Positions 38,713-47,336 of a stretch of 64,000 nt of DNA are shown one piece after another (positions within the stretch are counted from its first letter, which is position 1; the number at the start of each line of letters is the position of its first letter). A model generated the notes under the pieces. That model was not told the origin of the DNA, ran no database searches, and worked only from the letters and a program-made list of their open reading frames with translations. The DNA is taken from contig CAYSWZ010000221.1 of NCBI GenBank assembly GCA_964434945.1, positions 4,485-68,484 on the forward strand, in the 5' to 3' direction. The position numbers and the translations under genes were made by a program. The DNA comes from an uncultured bacterium. Lineage in GTDB: Bacteria > Eisenbacteria > RBG-16-71-46.

Positions 38713-40023
38713 CTAGGAGATCACCTCGGCCCCGCTCGAGCTCGCGGGCGGCGGAGGGGGTGGCGGCGGCGTCGGCGGCGGCGGGGGTGGAACATCGTAG
38801 CGCGGCGGCGCGTCACTGCGGGGCGAGCCCGGCGGGCGCATGCGCTGCCACCAGGTCTGGAGACTGCGGCGCTGGTACTCGCCCCGAACCAGCGCGCCCG
38901 CGCCGAGCGTGGCCAGCGTGATGAGCGCCACGAAGTGGATGAACTTGAGGAGCCCGCCCACGAACCCGAACACCGGCACGACGTGCAGCAGGTCCCCGGC
39001 GATCCGCATTCCGTGGAGCGCGACGGCGCCCCACAGCACCGACTGCATGAGCGTGGCCTGGCCGCCCTTGAAGCGCGGATAGAGCCGCTGGCCGAGGACG
39101 CCGTAGCCCACGATCGTGCCCCACAGGCTCGCGATCACGCAGAACGCCGCGTAGCCCACGGCCACGGCCGCTGCGAGCGGGATGCCGATGATGGTGATGC
39201 ACAACACCGCGATCACCAGAGCCAGGGCGATGACGCTGGGGATGATGAGCGCCCAGAGCAGGAGGCCGATGATGAATGCCGGTCCGGGCTCGCGCTCGAT
39301 CAAGTCGAGCGCGCTCTGGGTGCGCGTCGGGGCCAGCTTCACGAACAGCCACGAGAAGCCGAGCATGATGAACAGGCCGACGAGGTGCACCATCATCTGG
39401 ACGCCGGTGCCGACCACCGACAACATCGGAATGAAGAACTTGGCGCCGGGAGTGCGTGGCGCGGTGACGCGCTGGCCGCCGACCGAGGAGCCCGGTTCCT
39501 CGCGCAGCGTCCCGCCGATGCACACGACGTCGCCGTCGACGCGGGCGCTGGAATCGAGCGTGAGGTCGCCGCCCATCGCGGACACGTTCCCGGTGACGTG
39601 ACCGCGGACCTCGATGGCGCCGCCGAAGCTCACCACGTCGCCCTGGACCACCTGGTCGGCCGCGATCGTCACGTCGCTGCCGAAACGCACGATGTCGCTG
39701 CTGGTCGAGTGCGCGTGCCGGGGCTCGCCCGGCGCCGGAGGCTCGGGCGGCACGGGGGACGGCGGCACCTGGGGCGTCGTGCTCCACTGGGAGGTATCGC
39801 GCGTGGCGTCGCGGGCGTGCGCCGCGTCCCGGTCGCGCTGCTCGTAGCCGGAGAGGCTCTCGGCGGGCACCGGCCGGAAGTGCATCGTATGCGACTGGGC
39901 ACGGGCCGGGAGCGGCAGGAGGAGGAGCGCCAGTCCGGCGAACGCACCACGCAGCAGTTCGCCGGCCGGGCGACCAGGAAGGCTGGTGGGGAGTCTGCCG
40001 TTCACATTCCCTCCGCGCGTCAC
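38713..40023 (-). CDS. Membrane protein with a bactofilin-like beta-helical segment, multi-TM domain and poly-Pro tail
   Basis: Signal/anchor ...AFAGLALLLLPLPARAQ. Repeat region VVQGDVVSFGGAIEVRGHVTGNVSAMGGDLTLDSSARVDGDVVCIGG, then about 6 TM spans and a C-terminal PPPPPPTPPPPPPPP. Start is GTG 40023 or GTG 40005. Confidence 0.75.
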   Translation of the reverse strand: MTRGGNVNGRLPTSLPGRPAGELLRGAFAGLALLLLPLPARAQSHTMHFRPVPAESLSGYEQRDRDAAHARDATRDTSQWSTTPQVPPSPVPPEPPAPGEPRHAHSTSSDIVRFGSDVTIAADQVVQGDVVSFGGAIEVRGHVTGNVSAMGGDLTLDSSARVDGDVVCIGGTLREEPGSSVGGQRVTAPRTPGAKFFIPMLSVVGTGVQMMVHLVGLFIMLGFSWLFVKLAPTRTQSALDLIEREPGPAFIIGLLLWALIIPSVIALALVIAVLCITIIGIPLAAAVAVGYAAFCVIASLWGTIVGYGVLGQRLYPRFKGGQATLMQSVLWGAVALHGMRIAGDLLHVVPVFGFVGGLLKFIHFVALITLATLGAGALVRGEYQRRSLQTWWQRMRPPGSPRSDAPPRYDVPPPPPPTPPPPPPPPASSSGAEVIS

Positions 40024-40283
40024 GACCTGGGCGTCAACCTCCCCGCCGCCCGGGATCCGCCGCCCGGGCTCCGCGCACCCGGGAGAGGCTCCGGAGCCGG
40101 GGCTCCGCAGCCCTTCGGGATAGCGCCGGAACCGCGGCGGGGGCCGTCGGCTCGCGGGGACTCCATCTCTCGATTCCCCGGATACGCCGGGGACCGCCGC
40201 CAGGTTGCCGTCTACAGGGAAAAACCAATGGGGAGTCGCGTCTTGCGCGACTCCCCACGGTCACACACGAGTCACCGACGGCC

Positions 40284-40481
40284 TCAGTGCTTCGCCTTCG
40301 TCGAATCAGCAGCCATCGCCGACGTGGAGTCCATGCCACCACCCATCGCCGCCGTGCTGTCATTGCTCATCGTCGAGGTCTCGGTGGCGGCCGGCGTCGT
40401 CTCCTCCGCCTTCTTGCCACAGCCCACCGCGAATGACGCGAGGGCCAGCGCCATGAGCGCCAGAGCAAAAAGCTTACGCAT
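40284..40481 (-). CDS. Small lipoprotein (65 aa), Thr/Ser/Met-rich
   Basis: ATG 40481 with GGAGG about 14 nt upstream. Lipobox in MRKLFALALMALALASFAVGC. Confidence 0.65.
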   Translation of the reverse strand: MRKLFALALMALALASFAVGCGKKAEETTPAATETSTMSNDSTAAMGGGMDSTSAMAADSTKAKH

Positions 40482-40575
40482 CGTGTGCACGTTCACCTCC
40501 TCTCACGCGGCCACTCCGGGCATTCGCCGGGAATGGTCGTGTTCGTTTTTCTCGATATTCAAGCTCGGGACTCAG

Positions 40576-40606
40576 AAAAAAACACCACTGTGTGGAAAGC
40601 GGTGTC
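40576..40606 (-). terminator. Intrinsic terminator (hairpin plus U7)
   Basis: Minus strand reads ACACCGC-TTTCCACACA-GTGGTGT followed by TTTTTTT (A-run 40576..40582 on the plus strand). This is the only clear U-tract terminator in the window. Confidence 0.6.
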
Positions 40607-40698
40607 GGGCCGGCAGCGTCCTTGCGCATTGTGTTGTGATCGCGGCCAGAGCGTGCGAACCCGCGAAGGGGACGCACCCTCCCTCAAAAGCGAACCGC

Positions 40699-40727
40699 AG
40701 GCTAGGCATGAACCCCCCGCTTGTCAA
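40699..40727 (-). promoter_or_regulatory. Candidate sigma-70 promoter in the low-GC spacer
   Basis: Minus strand reads TTGACA (40727..40722), a 17-nt spacer, then TAGCCT (40704..40699). It lies about 60 nt after the cytochrome gene stop and about 95 nt upstream of the U-tract terminator. Confidence 0.4.
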
Positions 40728-40786
40728 CCCGTATCTGCCCTCCCCCCGGGGGCCGCACAAATGACAACTTGATGGCGTGCAATGTC

Positions 40787-42220
40787 TTAGCGATTCGTTG
40801 CCGGGCCACCTTCCATCCCGTGCGGGGATCTCCCGGCGCGCATGAGCCTGTGCGCGGGCGTTTCCGGCAGCGGGAGCAGCCCGGGCGGGGGATCGTGGAG
40901 CACGTGCGGCCGATAGTCGGCAAACGAGAAGGTGGGACTCGTGGTGGCGGTGTGGCAGCCGCGGCAGGTGGCCTCCGCGACCGTGCTGCCTCCCTTCGCC
41001 CAGGCGTTGTGGTGCGAGCCCATGCCGTGGCAGGCCTCGCACTGCACATTCCCGAACCGCGCCCAGTCGTCGCCGGTCTGGAACCCCCCCGGGCTCACGA
41101 ACCCTGTCACGTGGCAGGAGAGGCACGCCGGCGTGGACTCCTTGTGCTGGTCCACCAACGTCCGCCAGGCGTGGGCATGGGCCGAGGTCTGCCACTGGGC
41201 GTACTCGTGTGCGTGGCACGGGATGCAATTGGACATCCCGAGATAGTGGTCCCCGCCGCGCCTGAACCTCGCCCCGCGTCCGTCGGCCGCGGAGCGCGAC
41301 CCGAGCTGGGCGTTGAGCGAGTCCTCGAAGGTCCTGACGCTCGCGGCCATCGCGGGCTCCTCGGGGACATCGGGCCCCAGCACGATGGTGCGGGCCTGGA
41401 TCTCCCGGACTGCGCGACCCGGGGCGCCATGGCGGTCGAGGAGCACGTCCGCCGCGCCCACCTGCCAGCCCTCGGACCCCCCGTAGACCGCAACCGTGTG
41501 ACCCAGCCGCACGCCGTGCGAGAGCGTGGCGACCCGACCGCCGCCCACCAGCAGGTCGATGCCGGGCACCCGGGCGGCAAGCCGCTCGCCGGCGTCCTGG
41601 CCGAGCTGTGAGAGGAGGATGATCACGACGGCTCCCCGTGCGCGGAGCGCCTCGATCGCGCGGCGAGCCGATTCCTCGACCGGCTCGATGCGCAGCGAGT
41701 CGCGCGCCGGCCCCAGGTCAGCGGTCTCCCCCACGAGGCCGAATACCCCGACCGTGTCGCCGCCGGCCTCGAGCACGCGCCAGCGCTCGAACGCAGGCTG
41801 GCCGCCTGCCGTACGCGACAGGTTCGCGCACACGAGCGGCACGCCGCACGAGCGAGCGTTCTCGCGCACGAACGCGTAGCCGAAGCGCAGCTCTCCGGGG
41901 CCCACTCCTGCGGCCTGCGTGCCCAGTCGGCGCATGGCCTGCAGCATGAAGGGCGCGGCCTCACGTTCGTCGTCGCTCGTCGGGAAGAACCCGCCCGCGT
42001 CCACGGCGAGGACGCGTCTTCGGACCGCGCGCACGCTGTCGAGGAACGTCGCGCGGCGGGCGAGCCCGCCCTTCGGCGTGTGGCAGCCGCACGGGCTCGT
42101 CTTCCCCGCCACGTCGTTCGTGGTGACCACGAGGAGCCGCGGATCGCCCCCGCCCCCGCAGCCCGCGAGGAGCGCGAGCCCGGCGATCACGACCGGTCGT
42201 CGCGCCTCAGACCACCCCAA
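40787..42220 (-). CDS. Lipoprotein: degenerate 5'-nucleotidase/metallophosphoesterase-like domain fused to a tetrahaem c-type cytochrome (Cys paralogue)
   Basis: Lipobox LALLAGCGG. TTNDVAGKTSPCGCHTPKGGLARR replaces the TND.HG motif. Four CxxCH motifs (CIPCH, CLSCH, CEACH, CRGCH). TTG start 42220 overlaps the upstream gene by 14 nt. Confidence 0.85.
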   Translation of the reverse strand: MGWSEARRPVVIAGLALLAGCGGGGDPRLLVVTTNDVAGKTSPCGCHTPKGGLARRATFLDSVRAVRRRVLAVDAGGFFPTSDDEREAAPFMLQAMRRLGTQAAGVGPGELRFGYAFVRENARSCGVPLVCANLSRTAGGQPAFERWRVLEAGGDTVGVFGLVGETADLGPARDSLRIEPVEESARRAIEALRARGAVVIILLSQLGQDAGERLAARVPGIDLLVGGGRVATLSHGVRLGHTVAVYGGSEGWQVGAADVLLDRHGAPGRAVREIQARTIVLGPDVPEEPAMAASVRTFEDSLNAQLGSRSAADGRGARFRRGGDHYLGMSNCIPCHAHEYAQWQTSAHAHAWRTLVDQHKESTPACLSCHVTGFVSPGGFQTGDDWARFGNVQCEACHGMGSHHNAWAKGGSTVAEATCRGCHTATTSPTFSFADYRPHVLHDPPPGLLPLPETPAHRLMRAGRSPHGMEGGPATNR

Positions 42221-43373
42221 GCGCCTGCTCCAGGTCGGCGCGCAGGTCGCGAACGTCCTCGATGCCGACCGACAGCCGCAATAGCCCGTCGGCGAAACCC
42301 ATCGCCAGCCGCCGCTCGCGCGGCACCGAGGCGTGCGTCATCGAGGCCGGGTGGCAGACCAGGCTCTCGACCCCGCCCAGGCTCTCCGCGCGCGTGAACA
42401 GCCGGAAGCGGTTGAACATCGCACGCCCCGCCTCGAGCGATCCGTCGCCCGGGACGAACGAGATCATGCCGCCGAAGCCGCTCGCCTGCCGCTTCGCGAG
42501 CGCATGCTGCGGATGGTCCGCCAGCCCGGGATAGAACACCTTCGAGACCTTCGGGTGCTTCGCCAGCACGCCGGCCAGCTCGCGCGCGTTCTCGTCGTGG
42601 CGCTGCATACGCACGGCCAGCGTCTTCGTGCCGCGGAGCGCGAGGAAGCAGTCCATGGGTCCCGGCACGGCGCCGGCCGCGTTCTGGAGGAAGCGGAGCT
42701 GCTCGTGCAGCGTGTCGTCGCTCGTGACGAGCGCGCCGCCGACCATGTCGCTGTGGCCGTTCAGGTACTTGGTCACGGAATGGAACACGACGTCCGCCTG
42801 CAGCTCGAGCGGCCGCTGGAAGTAGGGCGTCATGAACGTGTTGTCCACCACCACGCGGATGCCCTGCGCGTGCGCGCGCTCGGCCACCGCCGCGATGTCG
42901 GTGAGCTGCATCAGGGGATTCGTCGGGGTCTCGACGAACACCAGCCGGGTCTTCGGCGTGAACGCCGACGCGATCGACTCGGTGCGGGTGGCGTCCACGA
43001 ACGTGAATTCGAGACCGTGGCGGCGCCACACCTTGTCGAACAGCCGGAACGTGCCGCCGTAGGTGTTCTGCCCGCACACCACGTGGTCCCCCGCGGACAG
43101 CGTCTGCACCAGCGCATTGGTCGCGGCGAGGCCGGAGCCGAAGCACAGGCCGTGCTTCCCGCCCTCGAGCCCGGCGAGGTTCCGCTCGAGCGCCGCGCGC
43201 GTGGCGTTGTGCGTGCGCGCGTACTCAAAGCCCTTGTTCACCCCGAGCGCTTCCTGCGCGTAGGTGCTGGTCTGGTAGATCGGCGTCATGACCGCGCCCG
43301 TGGTGGGATCCGGGTGCTGGCCCGCGTGCACGGCCTTCGTGCTCAGGCCCGAGTTCGCGTCCAGGTGCGCCAC
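42207..43373 (-). CDS. Cystathionine gamma-lyase / beta-lyase family PLP enzyme
   Basis: TPIYQTSTY; PLP lysine motif HSVTKYLNGHSDMVGG; AESLGGVESL...RLSVGIED. The GTG start shares 1 nt with the CBS stop. Confidence 0.92.
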   Translation of the reverse strand: MAHLDANSGLSTKAVHAGQHPDPTTGAVMTPIYQTSTYAQEALGVNKGFEYARTHNATRAALERNLAGLEGGKHGLCFGSGLAATNALVQTLSAGDHVVCGQNTYGGTFRLFDKVWRRHGLEFTFVDATRTESIASAFTPKTRLVFVETPTNPLMQLTDIAAVAERAHAQGIRVVVDNTFMTPYFQRPLELQADVVFHSVTKYLNGHSDMVGGALVTSDDTLHEQLRFLQNAAGAVPGPMDCFLALRGTKTLAVRMQRHDENARELAGVLAKHPKVSKVFYPGLADHPQHALAKRQASGFGGMISFVPGDGSLEAGRAMFNRFRLFTRAESLGGVESLVCHPASMTHASVPRERRLAMGFADGLLRLSVGIEDVRDLRADLEQALGVV

Positions 43374-44764
43374 TATTCGCCTCCCGCGATGAACTGCAGC
43401 ATGTCGAAGCGCGTGAGGATCGCCCGCACGGCGCCGTCCGACTTCACCAGCACCGCGGGACTCCGCGAGGCGAGCAGCCGGGTCACCACGTCCGCCGGTT
43501 CGTCGCCGCCCACCACCGGCAGCGGCGGGCCCATGATGGAGTCGAGCGACCGCTCGAGGGAGCTCGGGTCCGCGAGCGCGCTACGGAGGACGTCGCCCTC
43601 CTCCAGCGTACCCACCACGTCGGCGCCGCGGAACACCGGGAGCTGCGAGACGTCGTGCTGCTGGATCAGGGCCAGCGCGCGCTTCAACGGCTCGCCCGAC
43701 TCCACCTTGAACAGCGTGCGGACGCGCGGCGTCTTGCCGGCGGCGATGTTTCCGACGCGCACGCTCGACGGGTCGAGCAGGTGGTTGTCGCGCATCCACT
43801 CGTCGTTGTGCACCTTGGTGAGGTAGCGCTCGCCGGTGTCGGGCAGCAGCACCACCACCAGGTCGTTCGGGCCGCCGTCCCGGGCCACTTGCAGCGCCAC
43901 CCACGCCGCCATGCCGGCGGAGCCGCCGACGAAGATGGCCTCCTCGCGCGCCAGCGTCCGCGTCAGGTTCAGCCCGTCGTGGTCGTTGCACGAGAGGACG
44001 CGATCCACGACCGAGAAATCGGTGGCGGTGGGAATGAAGTCCTCGCCCACACCCTCGATCTTGTAGGTGTGCGCCTCGCCGATCTCGCCGGTCTCCTTGT
44101 AGTGTTTGAGGATCGAGCCCACCGGGTCGGCGCCGATGACCTGGATCTTCTCGTTCATCTTCTTGAGATACCGCCCGGTGCCCGAGATGGTGCCGCCGGT
44201 GCCCATGCCGCACACGAAGTGCGTGATGCGGCCCCTGGTCTGCTCCCAGAGTTCCGGGCCTGTGCTGCGGTAGTGCGCCTCGGGGTTCGCGGGGTTGTGA
44301 TACTGGTTCATGAGCACCGCCCCCGGGCGCTCGGTCGCGATCCGCGAGGCGACGCTGTAGTAGCTGTCCGGATGGTCGGGCGCCACGGCGGTCGGGCTCA
44401 GGAACACCTCCGCGCCGAACGCCTTCAGGAGATTCACCTTCTCGCTCGAGACCTTGTCGGGCATGCAGAACGCGGCGCGGTAGCCCTTGATCGCCGCGAC
44501 CATCGCGAGCCCCAGCCCGGTGTTGCCCGACGTGCACTCGACGATGGTGCCGCCGTGCTTCAGGCGGCCGTCTTTCTCAGCTGCCTCGACCATCGCCAGC
44601 CCGATCCGGTCCTTGACGCTGCCGCCGGGATTGAAGAACTCGAGCTTCGCGAGCACCGGGCACGGCAGGTCCTTCGCGACGCGGCGCAATCGAACCAGTG
44701 GCGTGTGGCCGATCGTGTCGAGGATGCTCTCGTGGTACTGCACGCCCTCGAGGACGTTGCTCAC
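43373..44764 (-). CDS. Cystathionine beta-synthase (PLP fold type II) with a C-terminal CBS-domain pair
   Basis: GHTPLVRL, NPGGSVKDR, TSGNTGLGLA and GTGGTISG, followed by a tandem CBS regulatory region. GTG start 44764. Confidence 0.92.
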   Translation of the reverse strand: MSNVLEGVQYHESILDTIGHTPLVRLRRVAKDLPCPVLAKLEFFNPGGSVKDRIGLAMVEAAEKDGRLKHGGTIVECTSGNTGLGLAMVAAIKGYRAAFCMPDKVSSEKVNLLKAFGAEVFLSPTAVAPDHPDSYYSVASRIATERPGAVLMNQYHNPANPEAHYRSTGPELWEQTRGRITHFVCGMGTGGTISGTGRYLKKMNEKIQVIGADPVGSILKHYKETGEIGEAHTYKIEGVGEDFIPTATDFSVVDRVLSCNDHDGLNLTRTLAREEAIFVGGSAGMAAWVALQVARDGGPNDLVVVLLPDTGERYLTKVHNDEWMRDNHLLDPSSVRVGNIAAGKTPRVRTLFKVESGEPLKRALALIQQHDVSQLPVFRGADVVGTLEEGDVLRSALADPSSLERSLDSIMGPPLPVVGGDEPADVVTRLLASRSPAVLVKSDGAVRAILTRFDMLQFIAGGE

Positions 44765-45010
44765 TTCGGGTCGCTCCTGGGAAAGGGGGGTGGCGCGGGG
44801 AGCGGCCGGCGCGCCCCGTGAGTCGGTACGGGGGCCGCATGCTCTGGGCCGCGAAGAGGTTAGGAGCCACGCCGCGCGATGGCAAGTCGCGGGGGGGCAC
44901 GGACGCGAGCACGGACGCGAACGCCGTGGCCGCGGGCCGGGACAAGTCCTAGAGTGTCGGGCGGCCGCCGCGATCCATTTCGCACCTCACTCCCGTGAAG
45001 GAGTCCCGTC

Positions 45011-45514
45011 ATGCCCAGCAGCGAACTCGAGAAGTTCATCGGAACCTGGGAGCACGAATCGAAGAGCACCGAGCGCCTGCTCGCGGCGCTGCCGCCGACC
45101 CAGTACGACTTCCGTCCCGATCCCAAGGGCCGCTCGCTCGGCGAGCTGGCGTGGCACCTCGCCGAGATCGACGCGTTCATCTCGCGCGGCGTGGCGACGG
45201 GGACGTTCAACTTCGACGAGAAGATCCCCGGCCTCGAGCGCCCGCGGACCATCGCGGAGCTCCTGCCCGGCTACAAGCGCGTGCACGCGACGGCGGTCGC
45301 GACGATCAAGGGCCTGAAGCCCGATCATCTCGACAAGAGCACCTCGTTCATGGGCCGGCCGATGCGGAACGGGGACATTCTCTATGCCGTGCTCCTGTCC
45401 CACCTGATCCATCATCGCGGCCAGCTCGTGCTGCTGACGCGGCTGGCGGGCGGCACCCCCCCGGGAATGTACGGCCCGACGCGCGAGGAGATGGCGGCGA
45501 TGAAGAACAACTGA
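45011..45514 (+). CDS. DinB-family (DinB_2) four-helix-bundle protein
   Basis: LGELAWHLAE...LLSHLIHHRGQLVLLTRLAGG. RBS GAAGGAG. Confidence 0.88.
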   Translation: MPSSELEKFIGTWEHESKSTERLLAALPPTQYDFRPDPKGRSLGELAWHLAEIDAFISRGVATGTFNFDEKIPGLERPRTIAELLPGYKRVHATAVATIKGLKPDHLDKSTSFMGRPMRNGDILYAVLLSHLIHHRGQLVLLTRLAGGTPPGMYGPTREEMAAMKNN

Positions 45515-45540
45515 GCCCCGGCTCAGGTCGCGTCGCAAGC

Positions 45541-45578
45541 ACGCAGGCCCCCGCGGTTCGCGCCGCGGGGGCCTGCGT
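45541..45578. terminator. Bidirectional GC-rich hairpin terminator
   Basis: 16-bp perfect stem ACGCAGGCCCCCGCGG / CCGCGGGGGCCTGCGT with loop TTCGCG, between the convergent dinB-like and selenoprotein-candidate genes. Confidence 0.7.
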
Positions 45579-45605
45579 CACTTCAGGCTGCCGATCCTCG
45601 CGGGA

Positions 45606-47045
45606 TCAATGCCCGGCCTTCTTCGCCTCCATGGCCGGATTCGGAGGCAGCGGCGGCATGCTGGCCGGCGGGTGGTGCAGGATGTGCGGCTCGTACACGG
45701 CGAACGTGAACGGCGGGCTGTTCACCGTCGTGTGGCAGGTGATGCACGTGGCCTCGGTGATCTTTTGCGGCTGCGCCGGCATCGCCTCGTGCGTCGTGCC
45801 CATGCCGTGACACATCTCGCACTGCACGTTGGCGAGCTTCGGCGCGTCGTCACCCGTCTGGAATCCACCCGCCTCCTTGTAGCCGACGACGTGACACTTG
45901 ACGCACTCGGGCGTGGCTTCCTTCTTCGCGTCCACCAGCGTCTGCCAGGCTTTCGCGTGGCCGGTCGTCTTCCACTGATCGTACTCGGGCTGGTGGCAGC
46001 GCTGGCAGACCCCGGCGCCGACGTAGTGGTCCACCGACTGCTTCGCCGCCTGCCCCTCGCCGCCCGTCTGCAGCTGCGCCTGGGCCGCGCGCTCCTTCTC
46101 GAGCTTGCGCATCTTGTCGTTCCAGGCGTCGTTGAAGCTCTTGACGAGCGTGAGGATCTCCGGCTTCTCGCCCACCTCGGGTCCGAGCACGAACACGTCG
46201 TTCTCGCCCGTCTGCATCTTCTTCGCGGCGTCCAGCGTGACGATGGTGCGGCCCATGTTCTGGCCCTGCTCGCCGCCGTAGCACGCGACCGTGTTCTTGA
46301 TCATGCGGCCCTTCTGCAGCACGGGCACGTTACGGCCGGCGATCACCACGTCGATGCCGTCGACGCCGGTGACCAGGTCCTCGCTCTCGACCTTGCCGAG
46401 CTGCGACAGCAGCACGACCACGGTGGCGCCCTTCTTCCGCAGCTCCTCCACCGTGCGCTTGGCGGCGACCGCCGGATCCTCGAGCGTGAGCGAGTCGCGC
46501 GCCGGGCCCAGGTCCACCTTGTCGCTGGTGAGCCCGAACACGCCGACGTTGACGGTGCCCTTCTTCACGATCAGGTACGGCGGTACCAGCGTCTTCTTCG
46601 TCTGCTTGTCCCAGACGTTGGCGCACACCATGGGCAGCCGCGTGCGCTTCAACTGCGCCAGCAGCCAGCCGCGCCCGTACTTCAACTCCTTCTCGCTCAT
46701 GCCCGACGCGTCGGTGCCGAGCAGCACCATGGCATCCATGAGGAACCAGGCCTTGTCGCGGTAGAGGCTGTCGCCTTCCTCGGGGAAGAAGCCGCCGTTG
46801 TCCACGATCATGACCTGTCCGTACTGCTGCTTCAGGCTGTCCGCGAAACTCGCCCGCCGGGCGAGGCCCCCTTTGGGCGTGTGTCAACCACAGGGTTCGT
46901 TCTTGCCCTTGACGTCGGTGGTGGACAGGATGATGAGCTTGTTGGGCTCGAGCAGCTTGCCGGGGGCGGCGGCGCCGAGGAGCGCGACGGCGATGGCGAT
47001 GGCCACCGCGGCGGCGACGAGGCGCAACGGGAACGACTTCTTCAT
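45606..47045 (-). CDS. Exported degenerate phosphoesterase-tetrahaem cytochrome fusion with in-frame TGA (candidate selenocysteine, codon 54)
   Basis: Track ORFs 46884..47132 and 45606..46811 share one frame and are split only by TGA 46886..46884. The joined product MKKSFPLRLVAAAVAIAIAVALLGAAAPG...TTDVKGKNEPCG-U-HTPKGGLARRASF... is colinear with the 40787..42220 paralogue. Four CxxCH motifs (CQRCH, CVKCH, CEMCH, CITCH). AGGAG lies upstream of ATG 47045. Confidence 0.75.
46845..46886 (-). promoter_or_regulatory. Candidate bacterial SECIS: UGA plus downstream hairpin
   Basis: UGA, then the 18-nt spacer CACACGCCCAAAGGGGGC, then CUCGCCC-GGC-GGGCGAG (46865..46849). Possible G.U/G-C extension below the stem. 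Confidence 0.55.
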
Positions 47046-47258
47046 AGAGGGATCGAGTCTCCTGGTCGGGTGCGGCCCGCGAGCGGAAACGACTGGCGTG
47101 GACGGGTCGGGAGGCAAGTCTATGCACGCCACTGACGCGGGTCAAGGTCAGGTCCTCGTGTCGTTTGCGGTCATGTCGCCCCCTTCCGCTCTCGGCGTCC
47201 GGAACCCGATCACCCGGGGGAGCCCCCGGCCGCGGAGCGGACGGTCGCCAACGCGGCG

Positions 47259-47300
47259 CACCCGCCACCGTCGGGGGATCCCCAGCGACGGTGGCGGGTG
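47259..47300 (-). terminator. Hairpin terminator downstream of DUF3494 gene 1
   Basis: 15-bp perfect stem CACCCGCCACCGTCG / CGACGGTGGCGGGTG around GGGGATCCCCAG, 37 nt after the TAG stop at 47337. Confidence 0.65.
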
Positions 47301-47336
47301 CGAGCGTGAGTGCAGCGGCCTCGCGAGGCGCGGTGG

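Noticed and set aside
44765-45010. A 245-bp leader upstream of cystathionine beta-synthase, examined for a SAM, SAH or other sulfur-metabolite riboswitch.
   Set aside because: I could not recognise any conserved riboswitch core by eye; only generic GC-rich pairings are present. It needs an Infernal/Rfam scan before any claim.
46884-46886. Alternative reading of the in-frame TGA as a simple nonsense mutation or sequencing error, making the gene a pseudogene.
   Set aside because: Not excluded, since TGC to TGA is one substitution, but judged less likely. The TGA sits on a redox-motif Cys. The downstream 425 codons are undamaged. A hairpin at SECIS-compatible distance is created by synonymous and rare codons absent from the Cys paralogue. 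The call is kept as a candidate pending a search for sel genes.
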